From assembly GCF_009914755.1 (NCBI RefSeq), contig NC_060930.1: 64,000 nucleotides of DNA. The stretch is one strand, 5' to 3'. Below are positions 57,559 through 64,000 of the stretch, one piece after another. The number at the start of each line of letters is the position of its first letter. The first letter of the stretch is position 1. The position numbers and the translations under genes are program-made. The notes under the pieces were generated by a model that was not told the DNA's origin, ran no database searches, and saw only the letters and a program-made list of their open reading frames with translations. The DNA is from the human T2T-CHM13v2.0 reference genome, Homo sapiens.

Positions 57559-59805
57559 TCACTTCTCCACTTTCTTTGCTTTCTTGAGGATGTCGCATTT
57601 TTTCCTGTTGGGGCGGCGGCACCTCTCATCGATGCTGGGGATACATTCGTAGTGCCACACCTCCTCCATCTTCTCCACCGGGTAGACGGCTTCCACGTAG
57701 TGGCGGATGAGCCGCAGCCGCGTGGGGTCCAGTTGCTTCTTGTTGCAAGCCCCGGAATGGTTGTACTGCAGCCGGAGGTTCTCGGCGGTGAAGAGTTCGG
57801 GAAACAGGCGGACGAGGAGCCGGGCGGCAAAGTTGCCCACGGAGAGGCTCTGCTGCACGATCTCACGCACCTCCTTGTCAGACAGCAGGTAGGGAGAAGG
57901 CACCGGGAAGTCAGGCGAGGGGACCACCAGCTCGTCCAAGGGGATCTTGCAAAAGTCCTTGCTGCTCCTCTCGGGGGGCAGTGGGGGCCCCTCAAACTCC
58001 TCCCGGAACCTCTCGGGGTTGATTGCATAGCTGGTCAAGTCTCTGCACTCAGGGCCCGGCACGTGGACCTTGCGCTGCTGCTGGTAGGAGCGCCTTTGCT
58101 CCGTGTCCCGGCGCCGGCAGCGCTCATCCAGTTTGCCCACGAACTCCAGGGTCCAGACGCGGTCGTTTTTGGCGCGTGGGTAGAGCAGCTGCACGTAGTG
58201 GCGGATGAGCTTGATGCGGGAGGGGTCCAGCTGCTTCTTGCCCAGGGAGCCGCTGCAGTTGTACTGCTTGCGCAGGTTCTCGTGCGTGAAGAGCTCGGGG
58301 AACAGGTGCACCAGCAGGCGCGAGGCGAAGTTGCCGATGGACAGGCTGCTCTCGTAGATGCTGCGTAGCTGCTCCTTGCTGAGCAGGCAGTCGGCACCGG
58401 GCACCTCGAAGTCAGGCTGGGGGATCTCTAACTTGTCGAAGTCGATGGGCACCAGCCAGATCTTCTTGGAGCGGCGACCCGGCCGCTCGCCCTCGAAGCT
58501 GTCCTCCACCTTGACCACTGAGATGTCGTCGGGCAGACTGGAGGAGTCGTAGCAGTCATCACGCGGGGGGTCGCCTTCACTGCCCGCGTCCAGCCCCAGG
58601 CCCTCGAGCTCGTCGTTGATGCGCTGGGCACACTGCTGCAGCCAGGCCTCCTCCTCCTGCATGTCAGGGAAGTAGATCTCCGTGTAGTTGCGGATGATCT
58701 GCAGCCGCTGCGGGTCCAGCTCCTGCTTTCCACCGTCCCCGTAGCAGCTGTACTGTTCACCCAGCTTGCGGTGGTCGAAGAGCTCGGGGAAGAGCCGGTG
58801 GAGGAGGAAGACGGCAAACTCGCCTGGTGAGGAGGCTTCGTCCAGGAACTCAGTGAGGTCCTGCGTGTCCACCACGTGGTCTGAGGCGATGGTGCTGCTC
58901 CGGTCAAGAGACAGGGCCTCCTCCTGGTCTTTGTTGTCCAGGAAGTGGCCGGGGTCCACCTGCTCTGCCTCAAAGAAGCTGGCGACCTGGCCGCTGGGCT
59001 GGCTGTCCTCCATTTCCCGCTGGGCCCAGAAGCGGCTGAAGAAGTCGTTCAGCTGGGGCAGGCACTCGGCCTGCCACACAGCCGTGTCCTTCACCGAGGG
59101 GTAGTAGACCTCCACATAGTTGCGGATGAGCTGCAGGTGCAGCGACTCCAGCTTGCGCTTGGCCGCAAAGCCACAGGCACTGCAGCCCCGGGAGAAGTCC
59201 ACGTCGCTGAAGAGCTCGGGGAAGAGCTGCACCAGCAAGCGGCAGGCCAGGTCCCCCCCTGACAGGCTCTGGTCCACGATCTGCTTGAGCTCTGCGGCTG
59301 TGAGCTGGTACTCAGGGGGCGGCTGGAATTTGGCCACCATCTCAGTGGGGCTCACCTGCTTCTTGATGCGGCTCACCTCAAGGGAGAGCAGGTCCACCTT
59401 GCTGTGCAGCTGGGACATGTTGGACGTGAGGGTGTTCAGCATGTAGAACATCTTCTGGATCAGGAAGTAGATGTTGGGGTCGTTGTCAGTGCCTGCCCCG
59501 GTGCTGCCACAGTCCCGCTTCTGTGGCTCATTCAGGAGCCGCAGTGACGAGGGGCTGTTGCTGGCGTTTGCCTTCTCAAAGAGCTCGTACACGTTTAGCA
59601 GGTCCCCCGAGGGAGGATTCTTCTTCTCCATGATCTTGTGCGAGATGCCATACAGAGGCTTCTTGTAGGAAGGGGTGGTGGCATCGTTGCAGGGCTCCTC
59701 CTCTCCAGGCCACACATTGCCCAGGCTCCTGCCCCTGCCGGCCTGCTCACCATTGCCTTGGCAGGGCGAGCTGTTCTCACGGTTCCGCATGCCTGCTAGG
59801 AGAGC
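57559..59805 (-). CDS. BEND3: BEND3 terminal coding exon: 748 aa, coiled-coil segment plus four BEN domains (upstream exons not identified in this window)
   Basis: Acceptor ttttgttttgcag|GCT at 59806/59805 and an open frame to TGA at 57561-57559. Four repeats of the form LL..LFPELF...L....L..IR.Y....(Y/F)P. C-terminus ...CDILKKAKKVEK. Confidence 0.96.
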   Translation of the reverse strand, partial: ALLAGMRNRENSSPCQGNGEQAGRGRSLGNVWPGEEEPCNDATTPSYKKPLYGISHKIMEKKNPPSGDLLNVYELFEKANASNSPSSLRLLNEPQKRDCGSTGAGTDNDPNIYFLIQKMFYMLNTLTSNMSQLHSKVDLLSLEVSRIKKQVSPTEMVAKFQPPPEYQLTAAELKQIVDQSLSGGDLACRLLVQLFPELFSDVDFSRGCSACGFAAKRKLESLHLQLIRNYVEVYYPSVKDTAVWQAECLPQLNDFFSRFWAQREMEDSQPSGQVASFFEAEQVDPGHFLDNKDQEEALSLDRSSTIASDHVVDTQDLTEFLDEASSPGEFAVFLLHRLFPELFDHRKLGEQYSCYGDGGKQELDPQRLQIIRNYTEIYFPDMQEEEAWLQQCAQRINDELEGLGLDAGSEGDPPRDDCYDSSSLPDDISVVKVEDSFEGERPGRRSKKIWLVPIDFDKLEIPQPDFEVPGADCLLSKEQLRSIYESSLSIGNFASRLLVHLFPELFTHENLRKQYNCSGSLGKKQLDPSRIKLIRHYVQLLYPRAKNDRVWTLEFVGKLDERCRRRDTEQRRSYQQQRKVHVPGPECRDLTSYAINPERFREEFEGPPLPPERSSKDFCKIPLDELVVPSPDFPVPSPYLLSDKEVREIVQQSLSVGNFAARLLVRLFPELFTAENLRLQYNHSGACNKKQLDPTRLRLIRHYVEAVYPVEKMEEVWHYECIPSIDERCRRPNRKKCDILKKAKKVEK

Positions 59806-60504
59806 CTGCAAAACAAAAATCATTTCCCAGAGTGTTAGGTGGGTGCTGTGGTTTATGACACTAAACAAGGGTCTGTGTAGCACACAGAGGCCGAGGTCAA
59901 CCTTGGGAGCATGTAAGAAACTGATTCCTCACCCTGAATCACTCTGTCATCCAAGGATGCACCACTGATACAAACCTGCATCCCCACCACCCCAAACCTG
60001 CTGCTCTCCCCATTCCCTGAGAAAAGACTCAGGCTGGGCCCAGGGAGGCTTTGCGCTCTCACAGGGCACCAGCAGTGGACTTCCTTTCCGTCAGAGGGCT
60101 GACACTGATGCTGGCAATATTGGGCAAGAACTCTGCAAGAAACAGGAGGAAGAGCATAGGAAGGCAACGGGCTTGTGCAGCTGCCGGCCACGGGCAGGTC
60201 ACCCCATGGACCCGTGCCTTCGTCTGCTCTCAGGAAGGGACAGAGATTCCTACCTATGGTAGCTCCCAAAGGCAGCAGTGTGTCCTTTTAGCCTGCAGCC
60301 TTTGGGAGAGCAGGCGTCCCTTTTCGGGAAGGCTCATCTGGGATGCATGGTCGGTGCACCTGAGAACTGGGCTGTGGAGAGCGGCTGTCTGATGCCAACT
60401 CCACCACTGCCTGAAATCACATCTTAGACCAGAAAAAGCCGGCCCAGAACTTTCTGGCCTGTGCAACTGTGAGACAGTAGAAACAACCCCCCGTTTCTGA
60501 AAAA

Positions 60505-60897
60505 TCCACAAGTATATAAACTATGTTATATTCATACAATGGAATATTACTCAGCAATAAGATATTATTGATACAGTACACAAAGTACTCATGATAAATC
60601 TCAAAATAAATAACAAAAAAGAGGTCGTAGTGTATGATTCCATTTGTGTATGTACAATTCTAGAAAACGCAAGCTTGCCTATAGTGACAGAATGCAGATA
60701 GTCATTGCCTAGGGATGGCAGGGAGAATTCGATGGGACACAGAGAATGAAATGGAGAACGTCAGTGGGTGACAGATGTTTATCATCATGACTGTGGCTGT
60801 GGGTTCACTGGTAGACACGTGTCAAAACGTATCAAATTGTATACCTTAAATATGTATCATTCTTTGTGTTTCAGCCATAACCTAATAAGCCTGTTTT
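60505..60897 (+). mobile_element. Old L1M(E/D)-type 3' fragment in a BEND3 intron
   Basis: catacaatggaatattactcagcaataa ... atcaaattgtataccttaaatatgt. Confidence 0.75.
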
Positions 60898-61556
60898 TGA
60901 CAAATGTTGAATTCGACCCAGATACTTATGTAAATGTATATTTGAGTTTTAGGAAAGCAGATGAGCTAGTCAGTGAGCGCTGGTGGGTGTCGGGGGAGCA
61001 GGGAGCCTTTGCTCCCACTGACAGGCATGTGCCTCGGGCAACTGGGAATGGACAAGAACAAACGGCATCCTGGGGTGCTTCTCTCCACACTTGGGAAGAG
61101 TACAGGTGGCTGGGACTGGCCTAGCCCAGCGCTTCTTAAGCTCTAGTGTACACACTGAATCACCTGGGGTCTTGCTGGAATGCAGAGTGTGAACCCTGGG
61201 CCTGCATCTCTAATAAGCTCCTGGGTGCTGTGGCTGCTGTCTATCCTCTCTGAGTAGCCAGGGCTTGGCAGTCAGTGTTTGCTCTCAGTTTATCTCATCC
61301 AGGCAGATCAGGGTTATTTGAAAGTTTTCAGGTAACTAATGCCAGCACAAAACAGTGCATGAGGTGTTTTTCTCTGCAGCCTCAGCCAACGTAGGGAAAA
61401 GAGACAACCTCAGAAGCGAGGCTTCGTACAGCAAGTGAGCAATATGAGGCTGAGAATAGGCAGATCCAGGGGGAATAGAAACCAAGAGCCCAAATAAACA
61501 GAAAACTTTCATCATTCTGAACCTTCCATGTGTTCTTTTTCATTTAAATTAATGAA

Positions 61557-64000
<2,444 letters not shown>

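Noticed and set aside
57451-58368. 305-aa antisense ORF over BEND3
   Set aside because: It is in codon register with the sense frame. High GC3 codon usage removes antisense stops, and there is no independent evidence for a gene.
59806-59883. N-terminal 26 aa of the 774-aa ORF-track call
   Set aside because: Intronic read-through upstream of a clear acceptor (ttttgttttgcag). The true BEND3 start lies in upstream exons that were not identified in this window.

Overview
Primate (human-like) genomic DNA, recognised from the encoded proteins as the MTRES1 (C6orf203)/BEND3 locus. It is not prokaryotic, and no CRISPR array, rRNA or tRNA was seen. MTRES1 (+ strand) lies wholly inside the window: a CpG-island promoter at about 16.95-17.66 kb, candidate alternative 5' exons, and three coding exons (28646-29115, 33136-33208, 39917-40096) that splice to a 240-aa mitochondrial S4-like RNA-binding protein. 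Convergent on the - strand is the terminal exon of BEND3 (CDS 59805-57559, 748 aa, four BEN domains) with a 3'UTR of about 3.5 kb. The rest is very Alu-dense (about 100 copies or fragments by manual count) with older MIR, L2, L1M, LTR and MER elements. It also holds a near full-length, dead Hsmar1 mariner carrying nested Alu and LTR insertions. I found no wholly new gene system. The most interesting patterns read from the sequence are: (i) a possible splice-controlled switch at the MTRES1 5' end, in which an ATG at 17604 gives either a 31-aa N-terminal extension or, with an L2-derived cassette exon, a 54-codon uORF ending in an ATGA stop/start overlap created by the exon junction; (ii) three RNA-processing routes that converge on nearly the same ~157-aa truncated MTRES1; (iii) the nested Hsmar1 with retained SETMAR-type TIR cores; and (iv) recurrent unusual Alu architectures. 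Gene and repeat-family names come from recognition, not from database searches.
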